This document shows positions 43,758-53,284 of a stretch of DNA of 58,337 nucleotides, one piece after another. The DNA comes from Bacillota bacterium (GTDB lineage: Bacteria > Bacillota > SHA-98 > UBA4971): NCBI GenBank assembly GCA_033809295.1, contig JAPXLY010000002.1:1-58337 (forward strand), written 5' to 3'. The position numbers and the translations under genes were made by a program. Every line of letters starts with the position of its first letter. Position 1 is the stretch's first letter. Under the pieces are notes generated by a model. It saw nothing but the letters and a program-made list of their open reading frames with translations, had not been told where the DNA came from and made no database searches.

Positions 43758-43841
43758 GCTTGGGCGTCGCTCAAGCCCGGAAGATCGTGCTTTTTGAGTA
43801 TGAAAACATCATATAACCTGATTATGATTGGAGGCAAGGCA

Positions 43842-45086
43842 ATGGCAGTCATTAGTGAACTCCTACCTGAAACAGTTGGGATGAGCGTTGCTGCGGCAGG
43901 CATTGTTGATGTCCATACACATTTGTATCCCGGTTCCTTCGGAGATCTGCTTCTCCGCGGCATTGATGACCTACTGACCTATCACTACTTAGTTGCGGAA
44001 ACCCTACGCTGTTTGCCCCTTAAGCCCCAGGTCTTCTACGCCATGAGCAAGCAAGAGCAAGCGGATTTGATTTGGAAGACCCTGTTCTTGGAGCGGTCTC
44101 CCATAAGTGAAGCATGCCGCGGTGTTGTGACTACCTTGCAGGAATTCGGGTTGGACACAGCATCGAGAGATCTCAATAGCTATCGCGCTTTCTTCTCAAA
44201 CCTTACGATTCAAGAACACATAGACATAGCATTCAGGAAAGCCAATTTGGAAGCTATTGTTATGACAAACGATCCCTTTGACCCAGAGGAATACAAGTAC
44301 TGGGAAGAGGGCTTCGACGGAGATCCTCGTTTCAAAGCAGCCCTTAGGCTTGACCCTCTACTCAATACATGGGCTTCTGCAGTACCCGTTCTACAGGGCA
44401 AGGGCTATCAGGTAGCGAAAGACGTGTCAGAGAGGACAATCTCTGAAGTCCTGCGTTTTCTTGAGGACTGCAGCAAGAAGATGCCGCCTTTGTATCTGGC
44501 CGTGTCTTTGCCCCCTGACTTCGCCTACCCTGACGCATCGCCCCGAGGGAAGCTCATTGAAGACGCAGTCTTGCCCTTCTGCAGGGAAGCCGGACTTCCT
44601 TTCGCTCTTATGATAGGCGTTAAGAAACTGGCCAACCCTGCACTGGGTGTAGCCGGCGACAGTGTAGGTAAAGCTTCTATCGAGGCAGTGGAGCGCTTGT
44701 GTCTGAGGAACCCTGAGATTCGCTTCCTCGTTTCAATGCTGTCAAGGGAAAATCAACATGAACTGTGCGTAGCAGCGCGAAAGTTCTCCAACCTCAGGCT
44801 TTTCGGATGCTGGTGGTTCTTGAACAATCCAAGCCTCGTAGAGGAGATAACCGCTATGCGCTTAGAGTTGTTGGGCACAAGCTTCATTCCTCAACACTCT
44901 GATGCCAGGGTGCTGGATCAGCTCATCTACAAGTGGAAACACAACAAAGAGACTATTACGAAAGCATTGGTCAGGAAGTATCAGGATCTTATGGACACAG
45001 GATGGGTGTTAGAAGAAGACGAAATCAAGCGAGACGTAGACAGCCTGTTTCGTGGTAATGTCAAGGAGGCGCTGAATCTCGCGTGA
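43842..45086 (+). CDS. uxaC: glucuronate (uronate) isomerase
   Basis: Blocks that align with Thermotoga UxaC as I recall it: VDVHTHL (VDPHNHL), TYHYLVAETLR (TDHYVWELMRR), GCWWFLNNPSLVEE (GAPWWFNDSPFGME), HSDARVLDQL (VTDSRKLLSF). GGAGG lies 7 nt before ATG 43842. Confidence 0.8.
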   Translation: MAVISELLPETVGMSVAAAGIVDVHTHLYPGSFGDLLLRGIDDLLTYHYLVAETLRCLPLKPQVFYAMSKQEQADLIWKTLFLERSPISEACRGVVTTLQEFGLDTASRDLNSYRAFFSNLTIQEHIDIAFRKANLEAIVMTNDPFDPEEYKYWEEGFDGDPRFKAALRLDPLLNTWASAVPVLQGKGYQVAKDVSERTISEVLRFLEDCSKKMPPLYLAVSLPPDFAYPDASPRGKLIEDAVLPFCREAGLPFALMIGVKKLANPALGVAGDSVGKASIEAVERLCLRNPEIRFLVSMLSRENQHELCVAARKFSNLRLFGCWWFLNNPSLVEEITAMRLELLGTSFIPQHSDARVLDQLIYKWKHNKETITKALVRKYQDLMDTGWVLEEDEIKRDVDSLFRGNVKEALNLA

Positions 45087-45095
45087 TTGCCCGAG

Positions 45096-45201
45096 GATGA
45101 CAGGCGGTAGGCAGGCCTTGATGACGGTAGGGATTAATGGCCTAGGCAAGCTCTGATGACGATAGGGATTAAAGGCCAGGCAGGCCTTGCTGACGGAGCT
45201 T
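45096..45201 (+). repeat. intergenic tandem repeat (~34-nt unit GATGACGRTAGGGATTAAWGGCC.AGGCA.GC.CT, 2 full and 2 partial copies)
   Basis: Read directly between uxaC and the SDR gene. The units contain small palindromes (AAGGCC..GGCCTT, GCCTAGGC). Confidence 0.85.
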
Positions 45202-45279
45202 GATGATAACTGCAACCCAAGACAATCGGAAAACAAGGGAAAACTAATGAACTCATACTTAGAAGGAGGTACAAATGAC

Positions 45280-46098
45280 ATGGATGAGCTTTTTGACATT
45301 ACAGGAAAAGTATCAGTGATTACAGGAGGCGCAGGGATTCTGTGCAGCGAAATGGCGAAGGCTCTCGGAAAGAGAGGGTCAAAAATCGCGATTCTGGACC
45401 TTAATGAGGAGCAAGCCAAGGCGGTGGCAAAGGAAATTGGCTCCCAGGGCGGGACTGCCATTGCAGTGAAGACTGATGTCTTAGATAAGAGCTCACTGGA
45501 GAAGGCAAGGGACGTGGTCTTAGAGACATACGGTAAAGTCGATATCCTCATTAACGGGGCAGGGGGAAACAAGAAAGAAGCTACTACCACAGATACGTTT
45601 GAGTTTTTCGATATACCCCCTGAGGCAATCCAGTGGGTTTTCAACCTGAACCTTCTCGGGACTGTCCTTACCACTCAGGCCTTCGGTAAAGTAATGGCAA
45701 AACAAGGAGAAGGCATAGTCATTAACATTTCCTCCATGGCCTCTCTAAGGCCTTTGACCAGGGTAATAGGGTATTCCACAGCCAAGGCTGCCATAAATAA
45801 CTTCACTGCATGGATGGCTGTTCACTTCAACCTGAATTATTCTAAGAATATCCGTGTAAATGCGCTCGCGCCCGGGTTTTTCCTGACGAATCAGAACCGC
45901 TTCCTCCTTACAGATGAAGCTACCGGAGAACCGACCGAGCGAGGCAGACAGATAATTGCTCATACACCTATGGGGCGTTACGGTGTCCCCGAAGATCTTA
46001 TCGGGACACTTATTTGGCTGGTTTCTGACGCCTCCCAATTCGTAAACGGCATAGTGGTGCCGATTGACGGTGGGTTTGCCGCCTACAGCGGTGTTTGA
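45280..46098 (+). CDS. SDR-family oxidoreductase (UxuB/gluconate-5-dehydrogenase-like)
   Basis: TGGAGILC cofactor motif, NGAGGN, S...YSTAKAA catalytic triad context. The ATG at 45280 follows GAAGGAGG. Confidence 0.9.
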   Translation: MDELFDITGKVSVITGGAGILCSEMAKALGKRGSKIAILDLNEEQAKAVAKEIGSQGGTAIAVKTDVLDKSSLEKARDVVLETYGKVDILINGAGGNKKEATTTDTFEFFDIPPEAIQWVFNLNLLGTVLTTQAFGKVMAKQGEGIVINISSMASLRPLTRVIGYSTAKAAINNFTAWMAVHFNLNYSKNIRVNALAPGFFLTNQNRFLLTDEATGEPTERGRQIIAHTPMGRYGVPEDLIGTLIWLVSDASQFVNGIVVPIDGGFAAYSGV

Positions 46099-46153
46099 TC
46101 CCATCGTTCCACCAAGAGCAGGACACACAAATAAACACACTGTGGTGAGAAGC

Positions 46154-47617
46154 ATGAAAGCTATAGGCTTAGAGGTCAGCACCTCATCTGCGAAATCCAT
46201 CATGTTCTGTCCGAAGAAAGGGGTCATAGCCGAGGCTACTCTGCCTTTCCCTAAAGATATAGCCGACGGCCCCACTCAGCATGCAGACGGGATTGTGGCT
46301 ACTGCGATTAGCGTCCTTAAAGAAGTAGTCATCTCTTCCGGAGTTGACGTGAAGTCTATCGGGGCTATCGGCTTGAGCGGGACCTGGCATAGCCTGCTAT
46401 TCTTAGATCGTGACTTACGGCCTTTGGATAGGATTAGGACATGGGCGGACTTAAGCGCTGTACCGACTGTTGCCCCTCTCCGTAAGGACGAGGCAGCCGT
46501 AGGCGAGTTCTACCATAAGACAGGATGCATGGTTCATGCTCTTTACCCTGTATGGAAGTGGATGCATCTGGCTCGGACTCAGCCGGAAATCACCCGGAAG
46601 ACCGCCTACCTTTCATCCCAGCTTGAATACGTCTATCAGGCGTTGACATCTGAGAGATCCATATCCAAGTGTGCAGCTTCAGGCACAGGCTTAATGAACA
46701 TCAACTCCTTGGACTGGGATGACGAAATACTGAAATTCGCAGGGATAGATCGGAGCCAATTAGGTGAACTTGTGGAAGCGTTCCATACAGCGCCTCTCTT
46801 ATCGTCTGTTGCAAGTGAGGTGGGCCTGCCGTCAGGGCTTCCTGTGACGGTGGGTGCATCTGACGGTGCCATGAACCAGGTGGGGATTGGAGGGGTGGCT
46901 GAAGGAATCATGTCCATGTCTGTGGGGACTTCAGGTGCGCTAAGGGTGGCGCATAAGGAACCGAAGATTCCTGATAAGCCGTCTACATGGTGTTACTATC
47001 TCTTTGGCGGCAAGAGGTTAGCAGGCGCTGCCATCAACGGAGCAACAAACTGCGTGGACTGGTATCTTGATTGTGTCAGTGGCAGAGAAACCGGTCATCG
47101 TGATTACCGGGGGTTCACAGAAGGAGCGTCCGGGGTTTGCCCGGAGGAAGCCCCCTATTTTCTACCGTTTCTTTTCGGTGAAAGGTGTCCCGGCTGGCAC
47201 GAAGAAAAGACAGGCAGCTTCTGTAAGCTAAAAGGGTCACACAGCGAGTTTGATCTTTACTACTCCATCCTTGAGGGAGTCCTTTTTAATATGTATCAGT
47301 GTTATCTGATTCTTGTTGAAATCGGCGGCACGCCTCATGATGTCCTAATGTCAGGGGGCATACTGAATTCCCCGCTATGGTCGCAGATGGCAGCAGATAT
47401 TTTCCAACGCGAGCTTCTGGCTACAGGTGCAGCAAATGACTCAACGGTGGGCGCAGCGCTTGTAGCATTGGAGTCTTGTGGCGGCATTGATTCAGTTCGG
47501 GACTATCAGCCCGATGTTACCATGGTGTTTACGCCGCGAGACGATGAGACGCGGATCTATGAAAGGAGATTCAGAACCTATCTGGACCTATACGCTGAGC
47601 CGAGGCAGACTTCATAG
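46154..47617 (+). CDS. FGGY-family carbohydrate kinase (gluconokinase-like)
   Basis: GLSGTWHSLL, VGASDGAMNQVG and SGGILNSPLWSQMAADIF motifs of FGGY kinases. ~487 aa, like Bacillus GntK. Confidence 0.85.
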   Translation: MKAIGLEVSTSSAKSIMFCPKKGVIAEATLPFPKDIADGPTQHADGIVATAISVLKEVVISSGVDVKSIGAIGLSGTWHSLLFLDRDLRPLDRIRTWADLSAVPTVAPLRKDEAAVGEFYHKTGCMVHALYPVWKWMHLARTQPEITRKTAYLSSQLEYVYQALTSERSISKCAASGTGLMNINSLDWDDEILKFAGIDRSQLGELVEAFHTAPLLSSVASEVGLPSGLPVTVGASDGAMNQVGIGGVAEGIMSMSVGTSGALRVAHKEPKIPDKPSTWCYYLFGGKRLAGAAINGATNCVDWYLDCVSGRETGHRDYRGFTEGASGVCPEEAPYFLPFLFGERCPGWHEEKTGSFCKLKGSHSEFDLYYSILEGVLFNMYQCYLILVEIGGTPHDVLMSGGILNSPLWSQMAADIFQRELLATGAANDSTVGAALVALESCGGIDSVRDYQPDVTMVFTPRDDETRIYERRFRTYLDLYAEPRQTS

Positions 47618-47691
47618 ATGAAACAAGCGTCCCGGTTCACGACGGTCCAAGGTCTTTGGTAATTTGTGTTTTATGGAGGCTGGGGTCAATG

Positions 47692-48966
47692 AAGGAAGTG
47701 AGAATAGTAGGAGAAGACATAACGCGCAAGGAGATAGAGGAGGCTCTTACCACATGGCTTGAAAGTTTCGGGCACATACCCGGAAAAGTGCTGCTTCTAC
47801 CACCTGACTATACTCGCAGTCTTTCTCAGGCAGGACTCATCACAGAGATACTGTATGAGAAGCTCTCTCCCGATACTCAGGTGGACATAATGCCTGCCTT
47901 AGGAACTCATGTCCCGGTATCAGACGAAGAGAGGCTTAAGATGTTCAGTCCGGACATCCCGAAGGAGCGGTTCATCGTCCACAACTGGCGTGACGATGTG
48001 GAGGAAATCGGCACGATTCCTGATTCATATGTAAGGGAAATCTCACAAGGCCTCGTTGACTTTTCCATTTCCGTCCAGGTTAACAAGAGGCTTTTTGACA
48101 GGAGTTATGACTTGATCATCTCCATTGGCCAGGTAGTTCCCCATGAAGTAGTCGGTATGGCGAATTACACTAAGAATATCCTCGTAGGTTGCGGGGGTAA
48201 AGAAATAATCGATAAGTCCCATTTCCTCGGTGCCGTATATGGCTTGGAGAATCTTATGGGCAAGGATCATTCCCCTGTGCGCAAGGCTTTTGATTACGCT
48301 GAGGCAAACTTCCTTCAAGACATCCCGCTTCAGTATATCCTTACAGTCACCACAACAGATGATGAGGAAACGAAGGTTCGCGGGCTTTGGGCAGGCAGGC
48401 GCCGGGAGTCTTTTGAGGAGGCTGTGGTCCTCAGTCAGGAACTCAATTTCACCTTGCTGGATGAGCCCCTTGAGACAGTGGTCGTTTACCTTGATCCTGA
48501 GCACTATAAGAGCACGTGGTTGGGAAACAAGGCAGTGTACCGCACAAGGATGGCAATTGCCGATGACGGAGAGCTTATCATTATAGCGCCCGGTGTCAAG
48601 CAGTTCGGTGAGGACAAGGCTATTGACGCCTTGATACGAAAATATGGTTACTCGGGCACCCCGCGTATTCTCGAGCTGACAAATAAGGAAGACGATCTGA
48701 AGGATAACCTTTCTGCAGCCGCTCACCTTATCCACGGCTCTTCTGAGGGAAGATTCCGAATAACCTACGCCCCGGGACATCTCACCCGTGAGGAGATTGA
48801 AAGAGTAAACTTCGAGTACATGTCCTTATCGCAAGCGGTGAAGCTGTATGAACCTGATACGCTGCGTGAGGGATATAACACTGTGGACGGCAAGGAAGTC
48901 TTTTTCATCGGTAATCCGGGTAAAGGCCTTTGGGCATTAAGGAGCAGATTCTCTAACGAGGGCTAG
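47692..48966 (+). CDS. LarA-like (DUF2088, nickel-pincer-nucleotide dependent) 2-hydroxyacid racemase/epimerase family protein
   Basis: LarA-type positions seem present: PPDYTRS (D-x-T-R), ALGTH, VVPHEVVG...YTK, KSH. ~424 aa. GGAGG lies 9 nt before ATG 47692. Confidence 0.7.
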   Translation, partial: KEVRIVGEDITRKEIEEALTTWLESFGHIPGKVLLLPPDYTRSLSQAGLITEILYEKLSPDTQVDIMPALGTHVPVSDEERLKMFSPDIPKERFIVHNWRDDVEEIGTIPDSYVREISQGLVDFSISVQVNKRLFDRSYDLIISIGQVVPHEVVGMANYTKNILVGCGGKEIIDKSHFLGAVYGLENLMGKDHSPVRKAFDYAEANFLQDIPLQYILTVTTTDDEETKVRGLWAGRRRESFEEAVVLSQELNFTLLDEPLETVVVYLDPEHYKSTWLGNKAVYRTRMAIADDGELIIIAPGVKQFGEDKAIDALIRKYGYSGTPRILELTNKEDDLKDNLSAAAHLIHGSSEGRFRITYAPGHLTREEIERVNFEYMSLSQAVKLYEPDTLREGYNTVDGKEVFFIGNPGKGLWALRSRFSNEG

Positions 48967-48980
48967 GCAGGTGAAGGCGT

Positions 48981-50429
48981 GTGAAATCAGATATCGGCTT
49001 AATAGGGTTGGGCGTAATGGGACAAAACCTTGTCCTGAATATGGCAAATCATGGTTACTCCGTCTCGGTCTTTAATCGTACTTTGCGTGTGGTAGATGAG
49101 TTTATTGCTGGTAAAGCCGAAGGCTACGAGACTATCCGGGGCACACACTCGATTTCGGAGCTTGTTGAATCACTGGCAAAACCACGGCGGATAATGCTCA
49201 TGGTGAAAGCCGGCCGGGCTGTGGACGCAGTGATTGAGCAGCTCATCCCATATTTGAGTCCCGGCGATATAATCATTGACTGCGGGAACTCCTATTTCAA
49301 GGATACCATCAGACGCAGCAAGGCCTTGGAGGAAGAGGGATTCTTGTACTTAGGCGTCGGGGTTTCCGGTGGAGAGGAAGGCGCTCTGAAAGGGCCGAGT
49401 ATTATGCCGGGAGGCTCAAAGGCTGCATGGAAACATGTAGAAAGGATTTTTACTGACATAGCCGCCAGGGCCGGTTCAGGTGAACCATGTTGTAGATATC
49501 TTGGGCCTGATGGGGCAGGCCACTTCGTCAAGATGGTGCATAATGGCATTGAATATGCTGATATGGAGCTTATTGCCGAAGCCTACGCCATCATGAGGAA
49601 TCTATTTGGCATGAGCGCGGAAGAGATGGAAGCTACCTTTGCCGACTGGAGCGAAGGGGAGCTCAGTTCATACCTTATTGAGATTACCCGGGATATTCTC
49701 GGTAAAAAGGACAAGGACACAGGACTGCCGATAGTAGATGTGATTAAAGATGCAGCCGGACAAAAGGGCACAGGTAAGTGGACGTCCCAAGAAGCGTTGG
49801 ATTTGGGCGTTCCTGCTCCAACCCTGGTCCATGCCGTGTTTGCACGTTGTATGTCTGCGCTGAAAGACGAGCGGGTATCTGCATCTGCTATGCTCAAAGG
49901 GCCGGCAAAGGCCGAATTCGCACATGACCGGGCTCTTGGCGTATCTCACTTGAGAGCTGCGCTTTACGCTTCGAAAATCTGCGCGTACGCAGAAGGGTTT
50001 GCCCTCATGAAAGAGGCATCGAAAGAGTACGGATGGGATCTTGATCTAGGCGGAGTTGCTCTCCTGTGGAGAGGCGGATGTATCATCAGGGCTCAGTTTT
50101 TGGAGAGGATAACTGACGCGTTCAAGAATAATCCTAATCTGACTAACTTAATATTGGATCCATATTTTAAGGATGTTATTATTTCTTCACAAAACAGTTG
50201 GCGCCTCGTGGCAGGCTGGGCAATTCAGCATGGAATACCCGTTCCTGCCTTCGCTTCAGCTCTTTCATATTACGATTCCTACCGCGCGCCAAAACTGCCT
50301 GCAAATCTCATACAGGCTCAACGTGATTACTTCGGTGCTCATACATATGAAAGGCTGGATAGGCCGGGGACTTATCATACCGAATGGCTTGAACTCGGGG
50401 ATATTGCGGAGAGCTTGGAGAGCAAATAG
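48981..50429 (+). CDS. gnd: 6-phosphogluconate dehydrogenase, decarboxylating
   Basis: GLIGLGVMGQNL Rossmann start, GVSGGEEGA, HFVKMVHNGIEYADM, AQRDYFGAHTYER. Confidence 0.95.
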   Translation: MKSDIGLIGLGVMGQNLVLNMANHGYSVSVFNRTLRVVDEFIAGKAEGYETIRGTHSISELVESLAKPRRIMLMVKAGRAVDAVIEQLIPYLSPGDIIIDCGNSYFKDTIRRSKALEEEGFLYLGVGVSGGEEGALKGPSIMPGGSKAAWKHVERIFTDIAARAGSGEPCCRYLGPDGAGHFVKMVHNGIEYADMELIAEAYAIMRNLFGMSAEEMEATFADWSEGELSSYLIEITRDILGKKDKDTGLPIVDVIKDAAGQKGTGKWTSQEALDLGVPAPTLVHAVFARCMSALKDERVSASAMLKGPAKAEFAHDRALGVSHLRAALYASKICAYAEGFALMKEASKEYGWDLDLGGVALLWRGGCIIRAQFLERITDAFKNNPNLTNLILDPYFKDVIISSQNSWRLVAGWAIQHGIPVPAFASALSYYDSYRAPKLPANLIQAQRDYFGAHTYERLDRPGTYHTEWLELGDIAESLESK

Positions 50430-50548
50430 GGACGGCGTTGATGCGGTAACGGTGATTGGGTGAAGGTCCGGGATGTGGCTGAACGCATTCATGAGTTAAT
50501 TGGAGACAGGCAAAGCAAAGAAATGAGACGGATGACGGAAAGGAAGAG

Positions 50549-52048
50549 ATGATATTGAACATAGGATGCGCGTATCCAAATTCTCTTCACGAGAAAGACG
50601 GGTCAGTCCTTTTCCTCATCAAGGGGGAACGGGAAAAGAGATTGGTAGCAATAGGCGACGGCTCTGCGGTTTTTAGGGAACTCGAAGGCACTGTCAGTTC
50701 CAATGACGGCCTTAGGATGAAAACCTGTGACTTGTCAACTGCAAACAGCCATGTAATAAGAAAACACTTTCCGCATACGCGCCCGGTCTCGTTGCGGAAG
50801 TTTAAAACCACTTTGGGCCTGGGTGACAGGCTGGGAGTGGCATCACCGGGACACATAGAGTTGATAAAGGGCTATGACGTAGGCCCGGTCCTCGCTCAGC
50901 AGTCAATCAGGGAGCTTACGCTCACAGGAAGGACCTTTGAGGATGTGCTGTCAGATGCGGTTTGGGCAGTATTTCAAGAAGGCTACCGCGGTGGATTCGG
51001 TGCGGACGGGGATCACTTGAAGTCAGAGGAAGAAGTGAAGCTTGCCTTAGATACCGGTTACACCATGATAACCCTGGATTGCTCCGCGTATATCAAGAAC
51101 ACTACAGGTTTATCCAAAGACGATGTAGATCGTATGTATATGGAAATTGACAGAGAGACGCGGGAAAGACTGGAGACGCGGTTCCTATCCGGAGAATTCA
51201 AGCTCGAATCAGGCCTTAAACTGATGTTCAGTCCGGAGACGCTTAGGCTGAACGCTGTAATCTATCAGAAAGCCATAGATTTTGCGATAGATATCTTTTG
51301 CGAAATGATCAAGCCATGTCCAAGAGAATTGGATTTTGAGATGTCGATTGATGAGACAGTGACGCCTACGGATCCCCTGGCTCACTTCTTCGTAGCTCTG
51401 CAGCTTAGGGAGGCAGGTGTAGACTTATACAGCGTCGCTCCGCGTTTTTGCGGTGAATTCCAAAAGGGTATAGATTACATTGGCGATCTTTCGCAGTTCC
51501 GGAGAGAACTCCAGGCGCATCAGGCAATCGCATCACACTTCCGCTACAAGCTGAGTGTCCACTCAGGCAGTGATAAGTTCAGTGTGTTCCCGATTATCGG
51601 CGAAGAAACCCGGGGACATGTCCATGTGAAGACTGCAGGCACAAACTGGCTTGAAGCCGTCAGGGTAATCATCCACAGAGACCCGGGGCTTTATCGGGAG
51701 TTGCATGTGTTTGCCCTGGAGCATCTCTCTGAGGCAAGGCGTTACTATCATGTTACATTGGATACCGGCAGAATTCCAGATGTGGTTTCCCTGAGAGACG
51801 ATGAACTCGACGGATTAATGAACCATGACGATGCCAGACAATTGATTCACATCACCTATGGCTTAATCCTCCAGGAAAAGGATGAGTCAGGAGCATATCG
51901 TTTTCGCGACAGGATCTACAGATGTCTCTATGAGAATGAGACGCTTTATAGTGAGTTCCTCAGGAGGCACATTGGGAATCACCTGAAAGCCCTCGGGTTG
52001 CAAACCGGCGGACAAACCGGCGGTAAACAGGCGGTAAACCGGCTGTAA
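50549..52048 (+). CDS. tagaturonate/fructuronate epimerase (UxaE)-like TIM-barrel protein
   Basis: ~499 aa. Metal-site-like DGDHLK, HSGSDKF, HVKTAGTNWLEA. The assignment comes from size, these motifs and cluster context, and is not verified. Confidence 0.5.
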   Translation: MILNIGCAYPNSLHEKDGSVLFLIKGEREKRLVAIGDGSAVFRELEGTVSSNDGLRMKTCDLSTANSHVIRKHFPHTRPVSLRKFKTTLGLGDRLGVASPGHIELIKGYDVGPVLAQQSIRELTLTGRTFEDVLSDAVWAVFQEGYRGGFGADGDHLKSEEEVKLALDTGYTMITLDCSAYIKNTTGLSKDDVDRMYMEIDRETRERLETRFLSGEFKLESGLKLMFSPETLRLNAVIYQKAIDFAIDIFCEMIKPCPRELDFEMSIDETVTPTDPLAHFFVALQLREAGVDLYSVAPRFCGEFQKGIDYIGDLSQFRRELQAHQAIASHFRYKLSVHSGSDKFSVFPIIGEETRGHVHVKTAGTNWLEAVRVIIHRDPGLYRELHVFALEHLSEARRYYHVTLDTGRIPDVVSLRDDELDGLMNHDDARQLIHITYGLILQEKDESGAYRFRDRIYRCLYENETLYSEFLRRHIGNHLKALGLQTGGQTGGKQAVNRL

Positions 52049-52054
52049 ACCGGA

Positions 52055-52083
52055 TTGACAGAGGATGCGCATTATGCTATATA
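52055..52083 (+). promoter_or_regulatory. sigma-A type promoter for tRNA-Arg(CCT)
   Basis: TTGACA (52055-52060), 17 nt, TATATA (52078-52083), with TGC just upstream of the -10. Confidence 0.6.
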
Positions 52084-52117
52084 ATAGTTAAGCTAATATT
52101 TTTGCTTAAGTCTTGGT

Positions 52118-52193
52118 GGCCCCGTAGCTCAGTGGATAGAGCAGCGGTTTCCTAAACCGCGTGTCGGACGTTCGATTCGTCTCGGGGCTACCA
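52118..52193 (+). tRNA. tRNA-Arg (anticodon CCT), CCA encoded
   Basis: GGCCCCG TA GCTC AGTGGATA GAGC A GCGGT TTCCTAA ACCGC GTGTC GGACG TTCGATT CGTCT CGGGGCT A CCA. Confidence 0.9.
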
Positions 52194-52490
52194 GTTTTGT
52201 TTTTATCCCAGGACTATGTGTATGTGCAGGCACGTCTGGGTGTTCAGGTATGTTATGATGCTCGGGTTTAATTGGGATGCAATTTGCCCTGATTCTGCGC
52301 CATGCCTCAGGCAGGCTCATGGCCTTCGCCGGACATTCTTTCCGGGAGCAAAGTCAAGCTTCACGGCGAAGTCCAGCAGGTCTTGCCCCGAACTCTTTGT
52401 AATGTTATTATAAGAACGAACGTGGCATAGGCTTTCGGTAAGGAATCCTCGTTGATAAGCAAAGCGAATCGGCGGGGGATGTTAAGAACT

Positions 52491-52961
52491 ATGTTGTATG
52501 AGCAAAACATGAATGATGAAACGTTCATGCACAGAGCCCTTCTGGAAGCGAAGAAGGCGTACCTGAAGGGTGAAGTTCCTGTAGGCGCTGTCCTTACCCT
52601 TGACGGACAGGTGATTGCCAGGGCACACAACCGTAGAGAGGAATTGCAGGATCCCACTGCTCACGCAGAGATGCTGGCAATAAGAGAGGCTTCAGCCAAA
52701 CTGCGTTCATGGCGTCTTGTAGGCGCAACTCTCTATGTGACATTGGAACCGTGTTCTATGTGCGCCGGCGCTCTGGTGCTGGCAAGGGTTACGCGTCTGG
52801 TATACGGGGCGCCGGATCCTAAGTCAGGGGCTGTAGGGTCAATCATGAACTTGGCGGAACATGAGGCCTTAAACCATAGGGTGGCTGTAACCGGCGGAAT
52901 CCTCCAGGATGAGTGTTCTGCCATCCTTAAGCAGTTTTTCTCGGAGTTACGTGATGACTGA
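52491..52961 (+). CDS. tadA: tRNA adenosine(34) deaminase
   Basis: HAEMLAIREA and PCSMCAGAL zinc motifs. The start is uncertain among in-frame Mets at 52479, 52491 and 52509. Confidence 0.9.
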   Translation: MLYEQNMNDETFMHRALLEAKKAYLKGEVPVGAVLTLDGQVIARAHNRREELQDPTAHAEMLAIREASAKLRSWRLVGATLYVTLEPCSMCAGALVLARVTRLVYGAPDPKSGAVGSIMNLAEHEALNHRVAVTGGILQDECSAILKQFFSELRDD

Positions 52962-53048
52962 CTTAGCCCGGACCGGTTAGGGCTGTGTCAGGCAAGGGAA
53001 ATCAGGGTCGAAACTGAATAAGTGCTACAGACGAAATGTAGACCAAGC

Positions 53049-53141
53049 GGAGAGATGGCTGAGTGGTCGAAAGCGCTCGCCTCGAAAGCGAGTGGGCGGG
53101 TAGCCCCTGCCCCGTGAGTTCGAATCTCACTCTCTCCGCCA
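53049..53141 (+). tRNA. tRNA-Ser (anticodon CGA), CCA encoded
   Basis: Acceptor GGAGAGA/TCTCTCC, anticodon stem CTCGC/GCGAG with loop CTCGAAA, long variable arm, T loop TTCGAAT. Confidence 0.9.
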
Positions 53142-53156
53142 CCATTGACTTTTTGC

Positions 53157-53250
53157 GGAGAGGTGGCTGAGTTGGTTGAAGGCGCCCGCCTGGAAAGTGG
53201 GTAGGCAGAAGCTCTCTGTCTCGCGGGTTCGAATCCCGCCCTCTCCGCCA
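53157..53250 (+). tRNA. tRNA-Ser (anticodon GGA), CCA encoded
   Basis: Acceptor GGAGAGG/CCTCTCC, anticodon stem CCCGC/GTGGG with loop CTGGAAA, long variable arm, T arm GCGGG-TTCGAAT-CCCGC. Confidence 0.9.
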
Positions 53251-53284
53251 TATTTTTCTAAGTCTGTTTCCTTTGTGAAGGTTT

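Noticed and set aside
45009-45674. 221-aa - ORF, with similar large antisense ORFs at 45745..46275, 48043..48780 and 25451..26029
   Set aside because: Each is antisense to a gene with clear family motifs (uxaC/SDR, FGGY, LarA-like, ABC ATPase). No independent support.
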